Shown: positions 25,100-38,200 of the stretch, piece by piece
Numbering within the stretch: the first letter of the stretch is position 1
Layout: every line of letters begins with the position of its first letter
Assembly (NCBI RefSeq): GCF_006345805.1
Contig: NW_021831847.1
Span: 186,001 to 250,000 of the forward strand
Source of the DNA: Octopus sinensis
Lineage: Eukaryota
Length of the DNA: 64,000 nt
Direction: 5' to 3'
Notes under the pieces: generated by a model
The model's database searches: none
What the model was told of the DNA's origin: nothing
What the model saw: the letters and a program-made list of their open reading frames with translations, nothing else
Translations under genes and position numbers: made by a program

Positions 25100-27712
25100 T
25101 TTGGTTGACATGCCTAAGATAGCAAAATCGTATCAAATCAAAGCTAAAGCCATTGTTAAGGATTATCCGCAAGAATTTATGATTCTTAAGGATGGTGTAT
25201 TATATTGTCGTCTTTGTTTGTGTAATATTAAATGCGAAAAAAGGCATTTTGTAAATTCTCATCGATCCTCACAGAAACATCAAAATTCATTGAGTTTATT
25301 CGAAATAAAAATTATTTTTTGTAGATTATCTGACCATATCACACCAAACAAATATTGACCAATATCCCAAAAATGATGATTGTGCTCTACAAGTAACCAG
25401 AGCATTCATTAAATCCGATATTCCGCTAAACAAACTATCTATGCCATGGCTTAGAGCAGGCATTCTCAACCTTTTTTTTCATCGCCCCCTTAGATATTTT
25501 GTCGCCCCCCTTTGAAATTTTATCGCCCCCTTGTCCACCTACAATTTAAAAATTTTTTGGCATTGTCCCTTAATTGGTTTTTTTTGTACATAACTCAAAA
25601 ATCAAAATATAAAATTATAAATCAAATGTAAAAATTGAATTTTTATTAAAAATTATTAGTGAGACCCTCGATATTGATGTTTACTCGCTAAATATTCTAT
25701 GTCGGGTTTAATTCTGCTCAACTTTAGGCGTATATCGCCTCTATAACACACTTCCAGTCTATTTTTTTCACATTGTGTATTATGATTGACAAAACTAAAT
25801 CCACTTTCAACCAAATAAGTGGTAGGGAATGTCAATTTACATTACTCATTTCCTTCCATAAATTTGGAAATTTCATTTGTAGATCTTTTGATTGCCAAAA
25901 TTTAGAGATACCTCCTGTTGAAATCTGTGAATATATTCTTCATTATATTTAAATTCAATTATCTCTTCTTGATTGTTTCGTTCATATCTTCTGGCACACA
26001 TGAAAACGGATCACATCCATGCTTCAAATTCCAAATCAAACAAATCTTTGAATCTAAGAGATATATCCGCTTCTAGTTCCGTCAAATGTTGACAATATGT
26101 CAAAATATTGTTTGACTAAAATATTTACTTATCTCAGATAGTTGTGAAATGTTTCCAAACTGATTTTAAAAATTATGTCGATAAAGCAATAATTTTTTTC
26201 AAATTTTTCATTATTCTTTTGCAATCAATCATGTTGACAAATTTCCTTGAAGAAGAATAGTAATTTTCATTAAATTTTGAGTCTAAATTATTAGGCTTGC
26301 CATTAAAAATATTCTAATTAAACAATTTTTAATAATATAAATTTTATTTTTTATTAATATATTATCGCGCCCCCCTGTACAAATTATCGCCCCTTGTACA
26401 AAATTTTCGCCCCTAGGGGGGCGATTCGCCCCGGTTGAGAACACCTGGCTTAGAGAATTATTTTACGGAGGTTCTGTGCGAGTACCCTCACCATCGAAGG
26501 CTAGAAGCTGTGTCAATCAATCATAATTGAGCAAATTGATAATTCAACAAAAAATTGTGTATAAAAATTACTTTATTTTGTAGCGATCAAAAGGTTTTTG
26601 CTATTGCGGATGAAACACAAATTCGTGGCCACAGATACGTTGCTGTGATGATTGGATCGTTAAATTCTCCTGAAACACATATCTATATCGTTTATGTTCC
26701 GGTTGAATCTGCTCCTAACAAGCACAATCATGCTCAAATAGTCGACGATGTACTTCGGAAATTGGTTCAAGGGAAAATTCCTTTGTTAATTTCGGATGCC
26801 GCAAATATATGAAATCAGGTAAAATTTCATGTTTAAGTTTTAGCTGGCAAAATACTTAACAATCTGTACCCAAGTTATTCCATATCACATGTACTGTTCA
26901 TCTATTACACAATTGTTGTGAGAAAATAAAAGCCTCCTATCCGGAAATTGATTTGATGATTGCTACTGTACAAGCAGCAATTAACAAGAACAATACAAGA
27001 AACGAATATTAAAGACAGAAACATCGCCATTCCACCTCGTGGGCATTTGACAAGATGGGGGAGTTTGCTTAAGCCGCTACTTACTATTCAGAAAATCTGA
27101 TCGGAGTACAAAATATTTTTGAATCATTCGCGGATGATGGATATCTAGTTCGAACAGCCAAAGAAAGTCTTCGAAACCATGTATTAGTGAGCAATCTATG
27201 TGACCTTATCCGAAGCTATTCAAACATTCCAGGTTTTCGAGTAAATGTCGCTATTGCAGATATTATTACGAAATTTGAAAGCACGCGCTTCACAATTGAA
27301 CAGGCATATTATGTGTAGAATCGTTTGAAGTTGGGAATGACAACAATTATTTATCAAGAAACATAATTTAAAAGCTTAAAACAAACGATGTTTCGAACAT
27401 AATTAGAATGACTAATTCACAAATATCTCCTGCCGAGTATGCACTACTTTTGAATTGTCAGCCGACCTCGTGCTCGGTTGAAAGAACTTTCTCTCTAATA
27501 AAGAGTTTTCTAAGATCCAACCGAAATTTTCTACAAGAAAATTTAGAAAATTATGTAATTTGTATGTGCAACAAACAGTTTTAGTGTTTTTATTGTTTAT
27601 TTATAAAGTTAAATTTTTGGGTTTTTTTTTAGTTTTTAGGTTAATAAAGTTAAAGTTTTTAGGTAAAAATTTTTATTTTTCAGGTTAAAAAAAATCGCCC
27701 TACTGATAAGAA
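25100..27712 (+). mobile_element. hAT-type (CGGBP1-like) transposase, degenerate, interrupted by a nested hAT and carrying two mini-introns
   Basis: N-terminal LYCRLC..HRSSQKH zinc finger, ADET, LLISDAA, HITCTVHLLH, TRWGS and CQPTSCSVERTFS motifs. The right end is GCCCTA, like the TAGGGC TIR of the 29163-30598 relative. Confidence 0.8.
25457..26447 (-). mobile_element. Non-autonomous hAT (Charlie/ZBED5-like), 991 bp
   Basis: TIRs CAGGCATTCTCAACC and GGTTGAGAACACCTG; 8-bp TSD GCTTAGAG at 25449-25456 and 26448-26455. Dimerisation-domain remnant FPTTYLVESGFS..DIRLKLS..IKPDI..SH*. Confidence 0.95.
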
Positions 27713-28839
27713 TCTGCTAGATGCTTTTTAAGTTAATAAAGAGACAATAAACTTGTACTATTAATCAGGGTTCAGATGTATTTAAAATTACAAGTATAAA
27801 AACATTTTTATAATAAGAAAAGTCAAACATTCAGCAGAAAATTGCTTTGACTTGAAGGACTTGTTATTTTTATAAGAAGTTGTAAAATTTGAAACTAAGC
27901 AGTACATCTCCAGAAAGAATGTGCCTAATGATATGAAGAAAGATGAGTTTTTTCAAATAGAATTAAATGAATATGATAATTTTTATACGATAATAGTTTA
28001 ACAAATAAAGTTAGAGACATAATAGAAAATGAAATTTTTTTTAGAGTTTCAGAATTCGGAAAGTTAAGGCTAAAACTTTACCTTTAGAACGCCGTGGCCA
28101 GTATAAAGAGGATGAAAGGAGTGAAAATAAATGGAAGGGCAATGATGAACAATAAACCACCAAGCAGTTATTTTCCAACATTAATTTGTAGATAAAATAA
28201 TAGAAGGCATTTCTCGGGGGCGATGGGATGAATTTCTCCATGTGGTTCCAAAAGATTGCCTTTGTAACAGAAACTCAAGAAATAATGAATTTCTTTAAAG
28301 TGATGTGATATAAGTGATCAGCTTTAGAAGAAATAGAACGAGGGTCGAGTTTGTTGAGGAAATATTTTTTACATTAGCACAAAACTTTATCGTGACGAAA
28401 AATAGTTTTGGACTTTCATGAACATTTTTACTTAAGAAAAACAACACTCATTTCTAGAGGTCTTCTTTAGATTGCGATTTTTCGAAAATTTTCTACGCCC
28501 TTAGCATTTTCTAGTCGCATTCCAACGGTTGTGCGTAATTTTTTGTCTTGTGAAGCATTCAATTTTTCGATACATTTTGTATTCAGGATTCGCGTTCTTG
28601 AGGTCACTGTAAGGAAGCAGAAAAATTATTTGAATATTTCCATATTTCCGCCATTTGACTTTAATCTTTTGAGTACTTATCTTGGACTTTCTCTCAAAAG
28701 ATTGTATTATATAAATCTCATTTTAGTTACTGTCGAACCGATACTCTGACCAAATAGTAAATGCCTCTTTTGGCAGACAAAAATCTTTGTCTGTGATGTG
28801 AATCTGTTGTATATCGAATTTTAGATCTCTGGTTTTATG

Positions 28840-31800
28840 TAAAAAAACTTCACTCTATTCCATCTCTTTCTTCTTTGTCTTTTTGTTTTGTAAGATTAGA
28901 TACATGCCTTTTAATAGAATTTTCATTTTGTTCAAATTCAAGCCAGCACAAATTGTGTATGGTTACTGGCTTATTATAGACTTCATTTAAGTCATTCACA
29001 GATAATGTGTCTCTGGGAGAAGAGTGCTCAACCAATGCCTCTCGGAGAAGATTTCCCTGAGTATCTTTTTCCAACTCTCACAAGGAGATCTGTGTTAGAT
29101 AGAAGAATTTGGATCATTCTTAGACTCAATTCGTCAATAATTCCTTCCATTACTGTCATCAGTAGGGCAACCACAAAGTTGACCTAAAAAAAGCAAAAAT
29201 TGACCTCCATAAAGTCAACAAAATTGATTCAAAAAAGATGAAAGTTGACCAGAATTTAGATCTAAAAAAAGTTTTTCAAATAATTTTTATGCAATAATTT
29301 TTTCTAGAAACATGAATTATATAGAATCATATAATATTTGACGTTTTCAGTTTTAAAATTTCGGTCTTTGGCCAAAATTTTATGAAGAACTGAAAACGAG
29401 CGCTCTACTGAACACGTAGTGGCCTGACACTGGAGTAGTTGAAACTTTTCCAAAGGCAAAAAAATTCCATCTCCGTTAACAATTTTTAAAATTTCATTCG
29501 TGTTCAATCTCTTTTCGATATATTCATTTATTTTACATGTATCTTCTTTGACATCGAGTTTTCTCAGAAAATTGTATGCTTTTTGGATAGAAAAGTTCCT
29601 TGACTCAATTTCACTAAGAACATCAACGAGTGGGGAATATTGATTCCATATCTCCTTTAAATCATTAAGAAGTCCTTCATTTTTTATTGATTTCATTGCT
29701 CTCCGAATCAATATGGATTCTCCTTTTAGCGAATTGCATATTTCCAACACTCTGGGAAAATTTTCCGCGTAGTACTTGATTGCTCGGAGCCAGCTTCCCC
29801 ATCTAGTAACAATAGGTTCTGCGAAGAATTTAATGGTACACAACCAATAAGATAGCTGATTTGGGGATCCGTTATTTTCCCAATAAGAATATTTACATAT
29901 TTTTCATTACCAGCGTCAGTCTCATCCACGATTAAAAAAATTTTTTCATTAATTAACAAGCTGATTATCTCATCAACACGTCTTTCGGCCAAAATTTTGA
30001 CATTATTTCGGCATTTGGATTCTGAGGGTAACTCAAATCCGATAGTATTGAAAAAATTGATTAATGCAGGATTCCTTAGTTTATATAAAGGAATATTTGC
30101 TAAAACAAATGCTTTAGTCAGATTTAGTGAAAAATCATTCGTATTAACAGTGGTGGGGAGAAACGTTTGAATCGTCTTTTTAGATTCGTTTATATGTGAA
30201 ATTTGTTTCTGTGTAAATCTGTGTTTTTCAACAAACCATTTTTTATGGCATGTTACACAAATATCGCATAAATTACAATATAATGCTCCACCCGGGGTAA
30301 TTGAAAATTCATTGGGAAATTCTTGGATAATTCTCAAGGCTTTCGAGTAGATAGATTTTTTCGACTTAGGCATCACAACAACAATGAAATAATAGTCAGC
30401 GTGGCTGAAAATTTGATATTTATATTTTTTTAAAAATTTTTAAACGGAAAATTAAAAAATGACACAAAAATTGACAAAGTTGACCTAAAAAACTTTCAAA
30501 ATAAAAGTTTTTTTAAAATAAAAATTGTATTTCTAGTATTTTTATGAAAGAATAATTATTTATTGTTGAGTTGACTTTATTGACTTTTGGTTGCCCTAGT
30601 CATCAGTTTGCTCCTGTTAACCGAGTCGAAGGCTTTTGATAGATCTAATTCTAGAATGTGGATGGCATTGCAATATCTTTGATGTGTCGCACATCTCTAT
30701 TTATGACTCCATACTACATCAGCTGTTGATCTTCCTTCTCTGAACACACCTCGACTTTCGGGTAGTTATTCATGGGCAGGTCATATTATTCGTTCCAATA
30801 CAATGTTAGCTAAGACTTTCCGTAGAGAATTTGATAATATAATTGGTCGTAGGTTTTCAACCGGTCCTTTGGGTTTATTTGGTTTTGGTATAGCTATTAG
30901 TATTCTTGTCCCCAGGTTTAAAGTTGAGTTAGTTGAAAATATTCATTTAGTAGTGTAGCGATTTTTTCAAAAAGGGAGTAAAGAACATATTTTGAATTCT
31001 GGGTTTATTGTATCTAGTCCAGGGCTTTTGTTATTTTTTAGTTTTTAACATGCTGTTTTTACTTCCAAAATTGTAATTAGTTCCTTTAGGAGTATTTAAT
31101 CACATTGAAAAATTTCTCAAAATGTGTTGCAATTATCTCCACCTGCTCCTCAGCATTCAGTAACGTTTTGCCATTTTTATCCTTAATGATTATTCATTAT
31201 TTCCGGTTTACGTGTCGTAATAAACGCGCGCCTACATACATTTGAGAATTATCTTTTAGTTTAAACAACTCTTTAATTTTGCTCAGTCTTCTGATTTTTC
31301 TACGGATCTGGTCCCTCTACCCCTGAAGGGCTTTATAGTCATTTTCGTTTAGTTCCTGTGTATGGATTTCTTTTAACTCCTTTACTAGTTCTGTATGTAG
31401 CGTCCGATCCGTACTGGTCGTCTCCCGCGTGAATAGCTTTCTACTTCTATTATTATGTGCTTATCCAATCCAACGAAATTCCTACTGTTTGGTTCTTCAG
31501 ATGGGAGCAAATATTTTTTTGTAATTTCTGTTGCATATCCACTTCTTGTGTTCTCAATAACATTGTTTGTAATGTTGTTATGTTTCTTATGTTGGCCATG
31601 CTGAATGTGACACTAACCACTCTGTGATCACTGACTAAATCATTAATCCGGCATATAATATAATCAATTTGGTTGTATGTAGGACTAGCTTTCCATCTAA
31701 ATTTCTTCGTTCGCCTATCAAGTGGTTATGCGGTATGCATTATGGGAGAATGCGGCACAAGAACAGTTTGTTTACTGTCCAGAAATGGCCAAGTATGGGC

Positions 31801-32150
31801 AAAGCATGTATCTTTGCCCTGTCTTCCCATGAAGGTATCTTCTGAGTTCTTTTTTGTATATAAGTGAGGACGGCTCATATTCGTTATACGTTTTTGATAA
31901 TGCTGAGTAGAATTCATCCAGTCCAGTCGGGTTTTTTGCCATTTTTCAACACTGTGTGCATATTATAATTGTTAGTATATTTTTAGGGGAGCCTTGGTTA
32001 TTCAGATGGATCTCGATTACGCAGATTCTATGGTTCATAGATCCAATAAAAACTTTATATCTTTCTAGGTCGTGAAAGAAAATATTTCTCGAGGGGGCTT
32101 AGATATTCCTCTTGCATTGAACGTAGGAATCTTTAGGGCAAGCATATTCT
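28840..32150 (-). mobile_element. Degenerate RTE-like LINE (APE plus RT) interrupted by a hAT
   Basis: LKIPTFNARG (APE start), AIPKPNKPKGPVENLRPIILSNSLRK, FREGRSTADVVW, LDLSKAFDSVNRSKLM. The RT reading resumes (VMEGIIDE..LLSNTDLLVRVG) after the hAT is removed. Confidence 0.8.
29163..30598 (-). mobile_element. Internally deleted hAT (CGGBP1-like), 1436 bp
   Basis: TIRs TAGGGCAACC and GGTTGCCCTA; 8-bp TSD GTCATCAG at 29155-29162 and 30599-30606. ORFs 29726-30376 and 29304-29843 give the N- and C-terminal transposase parts. Confidence 0.95.
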
Positions 32151-32699
32151 CCTATATCTTCTGCTATCTAGACATTTTTCTTAATTCTTGAACGGAAAAA
32201 AACAAAGCACCTCACAACTCACTAAAAGGGTGACATTTTTGTTATTTATTATACTTTATAATTAATTAGAATTAAAAAATAATTGCTGCATAAACAATCA
32301 ATTATACCGGCGTGTTATCACGCTTATAATTAGTTTTTCTTGTGATGCACTATGAAATTTTGTATTTATAAAAATTAAATTTGTACACAGTATTCTTATT
32401 ATTATGAACTTATTTACAATTTATTTATTTTCTTTTTATTTTTGTCTATTCATTGTTGTTATGTTTATTGGTTCTTTTAATCTTCTCTTGTACGAATGGA
32501 GTCGATTTGAAGGCATCTATAAATGCTGATAAACATTATTAACAGTGATTAGTGCATTTTTTGATTTAGTTTGTATATAAAGACAGTATTGTTGAATACA
32601 ATCTGTTGATTTTTTTTAATTTAATCTTTATTTTATATACCGTCCAAACTAAATTATATAATAACTTTGCGTACAAAAAGAGGATTCGCCTGTAATTGT

Positions 32700-34720
32700 A
32701 TTTTAACCCAGAGAATAAAATACCGAATGTATACTTTTGTGAATGTTGAATCACATATTGCACATCTAACAATCACATCCGTCACCGTCCATTTGCCAGA
32801 CCACATCCACAATTTCACAAATTTTTCTAAAAAACTGCATTTTTTCCAAGTCCAAAGTTATTCAATATACAGTATAACCTCCATTTGGGGCATCAATTTT
32901 GAAAAATTGCCCCAAAAATAGAGGTTTCCCCAAAAATGGAGGTCTGAAATTTTCTTTATTTTTATAAAAATTTTAATAGTTTTAGCATATTTTTCATTAA
33001 TTTATAAATAAATAAAGTATTTTTAAGAACATTTAAACATGTTTTCCACTAATTTTATTGATAATTAGAGTATTTTTCAAGTAGAAAAAAATTTTTATTC
33101 TATTATACACGAAAATAATCTGTTATTTTGTTTCCTGTTGCAGATTTCTTCATATGTATGCCCAATATTTTTCTGAAATTGTAATAGTCTTTTAACGCAT
33201 CGGGAAAGCAATGATATTCTCTTCAAGGTTATTCATTGCTGTTATCGTGTCCAAGTGTGAACAGTTGCATTCAGTTTGGTCATATATTGACTCATCATTA
33301 TTTTCTTCTTCATTTTCAGCAATTACGTCTGCAATTATCGTGTCCAAATTTTCTTTCTCACTGTTACTAAAAAATTTGAACTAGGAATCTGTTGCCGACA
33401 GTTATTAATTGTTTCCCAACAATTCGTTATTGTTTCAGGATTTAAATTTTGCCATGTTTTTCCAACAATTATTATGACATGACGAAGATTTATTTTTTTT
33501 AAATTAACAATTTGTAACTCAACGTCCTCAAAATAAAGAGTAAATCCAATAAAGCGTTAAGATAATTGGACTTGAAAGATTTAATAATACCCATGTCTAA
33601 CGGTTGAATTAATGAGGTTGTATTTTTTGGGAGAAAAAACAATTCAATGTTGGAAAGATGGATATTTGTGACAGCTTGCGTTATCAAGTAACAAAACAAT
33701 TTTTCTCTTTTGCGTAATCATTTGTTCATTTGTAATGGTGAGCCATGTATAAATATTTCTGATGTCATCCAACTGTTTTTAGATGATGAATATGAAACTC
33801 CATGTTCTTCAGGGTTAAAGTTTCCTTGTCTAAATAAATTCTTCCCTTGTCTTGGTGAAAGCCTCAAAAACAATTTTATCCAATTTTTGGGATAAAGTAT
33901 GAGGAGAGCGTTGAATATTTCTGGGAAAATCTGTTTGAACAGCCCCAGTATTAAAAAAATTGAGATAATTTTTTTTAATACGTGACACAGCGCCTAAAAA
34001 CTTACATTAATAAAAAACCTTTACTAATTTTGTACTTATCTACAATATCTCGTTCAGTAAGATGTTTATTTCACTTAATTTTTGGCAATTTTGATCTTTA
34101 ACTCAAGACTAAGCTTACGAGCCATAACAAGAATACAAAAATTACACGAGGCTTCCAATGAAATTTATATAATTAATTTTAATTTTAATAGCAAATATGT
34201 ATATAAATTAAAAATCCTGTGCCCCACTTAGAGGTTCTGGTAATTTCTAATTTGGAAATTACCGCATAAAAATTATATCCTTTTCAAACTACCCCAAAAA
34301 TAGAGGTTTCCCCAAAAATAGAGGTTCCCCAAGCCAGAGGTCTGCCCCAAATGGAGGTTATACTGTATTCAATTGTTTTCAATATTACTAAGAATATTGA
34401 TGTTGAAATCCGTTTTATGTTTAATCTTTGGAAATCCGTTTTGGCCAAAAGATTCCTAGGATGTATTTCAGCTGCATTCTGTAAAAGGAATTGAGATTTT
34501 CCATTTCCTGCACTGTGAGTGCCCAAGAGGAGGAGTTGTACAGTAGGACTGGTTTTACGAACATATTGTAAAGTTTGATTTTTAAAAACGCAGAAATTTG
34601 TTTGCCTCTCAACCATATGTTGTTTAATCTTTTGAGCGGGAAAGTTGCAAGTGATTTTCTTCGTATCATGTCTTCTGTATCTCCTAAGAGAGTTATTATA
34701 AATAAATTCAAAAATTCAAG
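32700..34720 (-). mobile_element. RTE-like LINE 3' remnant split by a pogo element
   Basis: ORF 34421-34711 reads KIKLYNMFVKPVLLYNSSSWALT..MQLKYILGIFWP. The sequence continues left of the pogo insertion. Confidence 0.7.
32870..34365 (-). mobile_element. pogo/Tigger element, internally deleted, 1496 bp
   Basis: TIRs CAGTATAACCTCCATTTGGGGCA at both ends with a TA TSD. DDE_1 remnant FLPKNTTSLIQPLDMGIIKSFK. Confidence 0.95.
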
Positions 34721-34932
34721 AACAAAATGTTAATTATATTTTAATTATATTATAAATTCAAGAAAAAAATTTTAATTATATTATAATAAAATATTCGCAC
34801 GTTGTTATTTATATTTTGTTTTGTTGTTGCTTATTGTTTTATTTTCTTTAATTTATTTTCTTGTATTAATGGTTAATTTTGTATAAAAATTGATTAAATA
34901 TATTGTTTGCTTACAGAATTTCTTATAATATT

Positions 34933-35290
34933 TGATATTTTGTAATTGTATTGATCTTATTTTTGCAATAATTTAATCTTTTTTACATTTTAACTATTCA
35001 ATACATTTTTTGACTTTTCTACAAAACCCTGATATTTTGTAATTGTATTGGTCTTATTTTTGCAATAATTTAATCTTTTTTACATTTTAACTATTCAATA
35101 CATTTTTTGACTTTTCTACAAAACCCTGATATTTTGTAATTGTATTGGTCTTATTTTTGCAATAATTTAATCTTTTTTACATTTTAACTATTCAATACAT
35201 TTTTTGACTTTTCTACAAAACCCTGATATTTTGTAATTGTATTGGTCTTATTTTTGCAATAATTTAATCTTTTACGTTTTAACTATTCAT
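34933..35290. repeat. 97-bp AT-rich tandem repeat, about 3.7 copies
   Basis: TGATATTTTGTAATTGTATTG starts at 34933, 35030, 35127 and 35224. Confidence 0.95.
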
Positions 35291-35316
35291 CAATATTTTT
35301 AAGAGATTCTGTTGAT

Positions 35317-36215
35317 GTTCTCTTTAATCAATTCTGCGAGATGATGTGGTTTTTCCCAGTGCGGATAGGGGTTCCGAAACTGATTAGACGAGGGCATGCT
35401 TCCCAACTATTAGACGTCAGACGTTGATGAAGGAAGTAAGACATTTGGAAACTTGTATCCTTGCCGACTTTGGAACGTGAAGGGGAATTTTCAAAGAACT
35501 TCCAAAGCAGGCCGAATGAGTGGAATGAGGTGACGCTTAATTGATGAGAGACTACCTTATTGAAAAAATGGGTACTTTGCCATACACAATAAATGGGCAA
35601 AACTGATTAGACGTGGGCATGCTTCCCAACTATAGACGTCAGACGTTGATGAAGGAAGTAAGACATTTGGAAACTTGTATCCTTGCCGACTTTGGAACGT
35701 GAAGGGGAATTTTCAAAGAACTTCCAAAGCAGGCCAGAATGAGTGGAATGAGTTGACGCTTAATTGATGAGAGACTACCTTATTGAAAAAATGGGTACTT
35801 TGCCATACACAATAAATGGGCAAAACTGATTAGACGTGGTCATGCTTCCCAACTAATAGACGTCAGACGTTGATGAAGGAAGTAAGACATTTGGAAACTG
35901 TATCCTTGCCGACTTTGGAACGTGAAGGGGAATTTTCAAAGAACTTCCAAAGCAGGACAGAATGAGTGGAATGAGTTGACGTCCAATTGATGAGAGACTA
36001 CCTTATTGAAAAAATGGTTACTTTGCCATACACAATAAATGCTGAAGACGTCCATGTCTCCTCCTTTTTAACCATCAAAACCATCTGTTCTACACCATAA
36101 AACACATCCCGTAAGAACATCTTCATGTGAGTGGCAATGTCTGACAACTTCTCTTGCCTTACTGCTTCTGAGTCACCAGACACCAGTTTGTATGTGACAT
36201 TCTCTTTATTCAACG
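35317..36215 (-). other. Endogenous viral element: partial second copy of a rhabdovirus-like L gene
   Basis: 36017-36200 is a near-identical copy of ~47570-47750 (TYKLVSGDSEAVRQ..KKEETWTSSAFIVYGKV). Its downstream part is amplified as the 223-bp array. Confidence 0.88.
35378..36045. repeat. 223-bp tandem repeat, 3 copies, derived from rhabdovirus-like L sequence
   Basis: CTGATTAGACG starts at 35380, 35603 and 35826. Each unit ends in TACTTTGCCATACACAATAAATG, which is also present in the L fragment at ~47570-47593. Confidence 0.92.
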
Positions 36216-36837
36216 CTGTATTTAGAACCCTCGTGTCGTCATTTACAGTTGGCTCAAAAAGTCATAGCATTACTTAATAAATTTTAGTATTTTACGTTTT
36301 TACCCATAAAATATGAAGTATTTTGACTTTTAGTTATTTTTTTGAAAAATTAAAGCATAACTCACTTTAAAATTTGAACGAACCTATATTTTTGTACTAA
36401 AAATTGACTTTTTTAATTCTTAAAAAAATATGCCGAATAAAATGAGGCATTAAAAAATATCTATCAAAAAAGATTAAAAAATTCCTCATTTTAATTATTC
36501 AAATGTATTGTTTTTATCTGTAAAAAATCCAGTTCAATTAAAAATACAAATTTGTAGGATACAGTCAAACCTCTAAATCTCGCCATTTTTTGGGACCGAC
36601 CATGTTTTGAATAGGGAGTCTTTTTTGTACATGGTCGAAGGGAATGATCAATCAATAATATTTCTTCCAACTGTTGCATAAATGTCAATTTGCAACAAGA
36701 GAACAGTTTTGAATCACATCCACTTGAGAAGTGACTCACTTTTCCTGATTCATCAATATTAGTGGTTGAATTTTGCCTTTTATGCAAATACTCAAGCTTT
36801 TTTAATTTCGAAATAGAAAAGAAAATGGAACAGGAAG

Positions 36838-38200
36838 TCAGCTACTAGCCGCAGAGAGAATAGAGAAACTGTTCCCCCTGAGTACGGCTATTGAGACGCG
36901 GTCAAAAAGCCGATTGACCTCGCGGGGGTCGTTTCTAATCCTCCCGAGGTGACGGCCTCTCTCGGTGAGAAAACGTAGCGTGGCTGGGCCGAATGTGCCT
37001 GATGTTTCGACTGAAACAGGCACAAAGAGGAATCTGTCGGCGAGCGAGGCGTACTTGTCTTTCTTCCGGGTCTCTGCCCTCCTCGCCGCTGTGCCAGCTT
37101 CGATCGCGGACGCGAGAAGGCATGTTGACGCAAAAGTGTCAGAGCATGTCGCGTCCCAGACGATCGCTTTGCCGCATTGAACGGGAAGAGCGAGACGCCG
37201 TCCGGCCTCTTGCCATCGCCCCTGTTAAGGCCAGAGGGCTCCAGCTGGCACGGGATGCCGGTTGCCTCGAGCAGACGCTTTATTATGGAATTAAGCTGTC
37301 CGTGCCTGGGGAACCTCCCAGGGCATTTGCGGCAGGAGAGCGGGTGTAGACCTTTGCGGTCTATATGAGCCCCGCAACGGCATTGGTGAGGCTGGCAAAT
37401 GTCCAAGCCGAGTCGGAGAGATATTCCGATTCTTAAACAGTCTGGGTCCAGGAAGGTTCCAGCTGCAGGGGAAGGATAGGCGTTGATCCAGGCGCCATCC
37501 GTGGAGATGCTCCGGACAACAGACAAGCACGCCGGTGTTGGTCTCCGTGAGACAGTAAGTACCGGAAGACTGAGAGCTGCTGATCTCCGTCCACTCGCGC
37601 ATAAGGCATAGGTCAACGGGAGTTTTTAGTCCGCAATCTGTCCACAACGATGTGCCGTATGAAAGCTCTGAGTCCGTGAGCGATCCAGAGGGAGGAGGAA
37701 GGATCTGGACTACGAGAGGCATGCATCGGTGAGAGGAAGAAAGAAAGCATGGCAAGGAGAGGACCGAGGGGGCTTGGAATCCGAGACCCCCGTGCCTGGT
37801 CCATAGCAGTCGACGGTGGCGTCACGCCGGCATTTGTGGGTCCTGCAAATCTCCAGTCCAAGTCTGGTGCTGATGCGGACAGTAGCGTCGTCAAGGTGGG
37901 TTCCGACCATATCAACGGGGAGTGCGTTGATCCAAGCTCCACTCGATTCGCATCTTCCAGTCACAGGCACGTCTGTGTTGGTTTGATTGGTTCAGAAGCC
38001 TCTCATATTTATCCTCGCAGATGGTCCTGTCTTTCTGTTCAGGGATAATCCCCCTCGAATGCTCCATGTCTGTGATTTCAGATTTTTCAGTTTGGAGTTT
38101 GAGAATCATCCTGATCAGCAGTCGGCTGGATTCCAAATAGGATAGATATGCGGGGCAAGCTAGATCTTTCGGAGAAGGGATTCCGAGTGTCAAAAATATC
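36838..38200 (-). mobile_element. Two tandem CRE-like retrotransposon 3' pieces (second subfamily)
   Basis: GAWINA..LRLGL.IC..H.C occurs twice (~37870-37950 and ~37390-37500). Also CRKCPGRFPRH zinc knuckle, DGKRPDG RLE, SVETSG..SIAVLRGN, and an upstream LGIPSPKDLACPAYLS post-RT motif. Confidence 0.88.

Noticed and set aside
35378-36045. CRISPR-like array of viral sequence
   Set aside because: The units are near-identical full-length tandem copies with no repeat-spacer alternation and no cas genes, in a eukaryotic context. The same applies to the 93-, 97- and 42-bp arrays.
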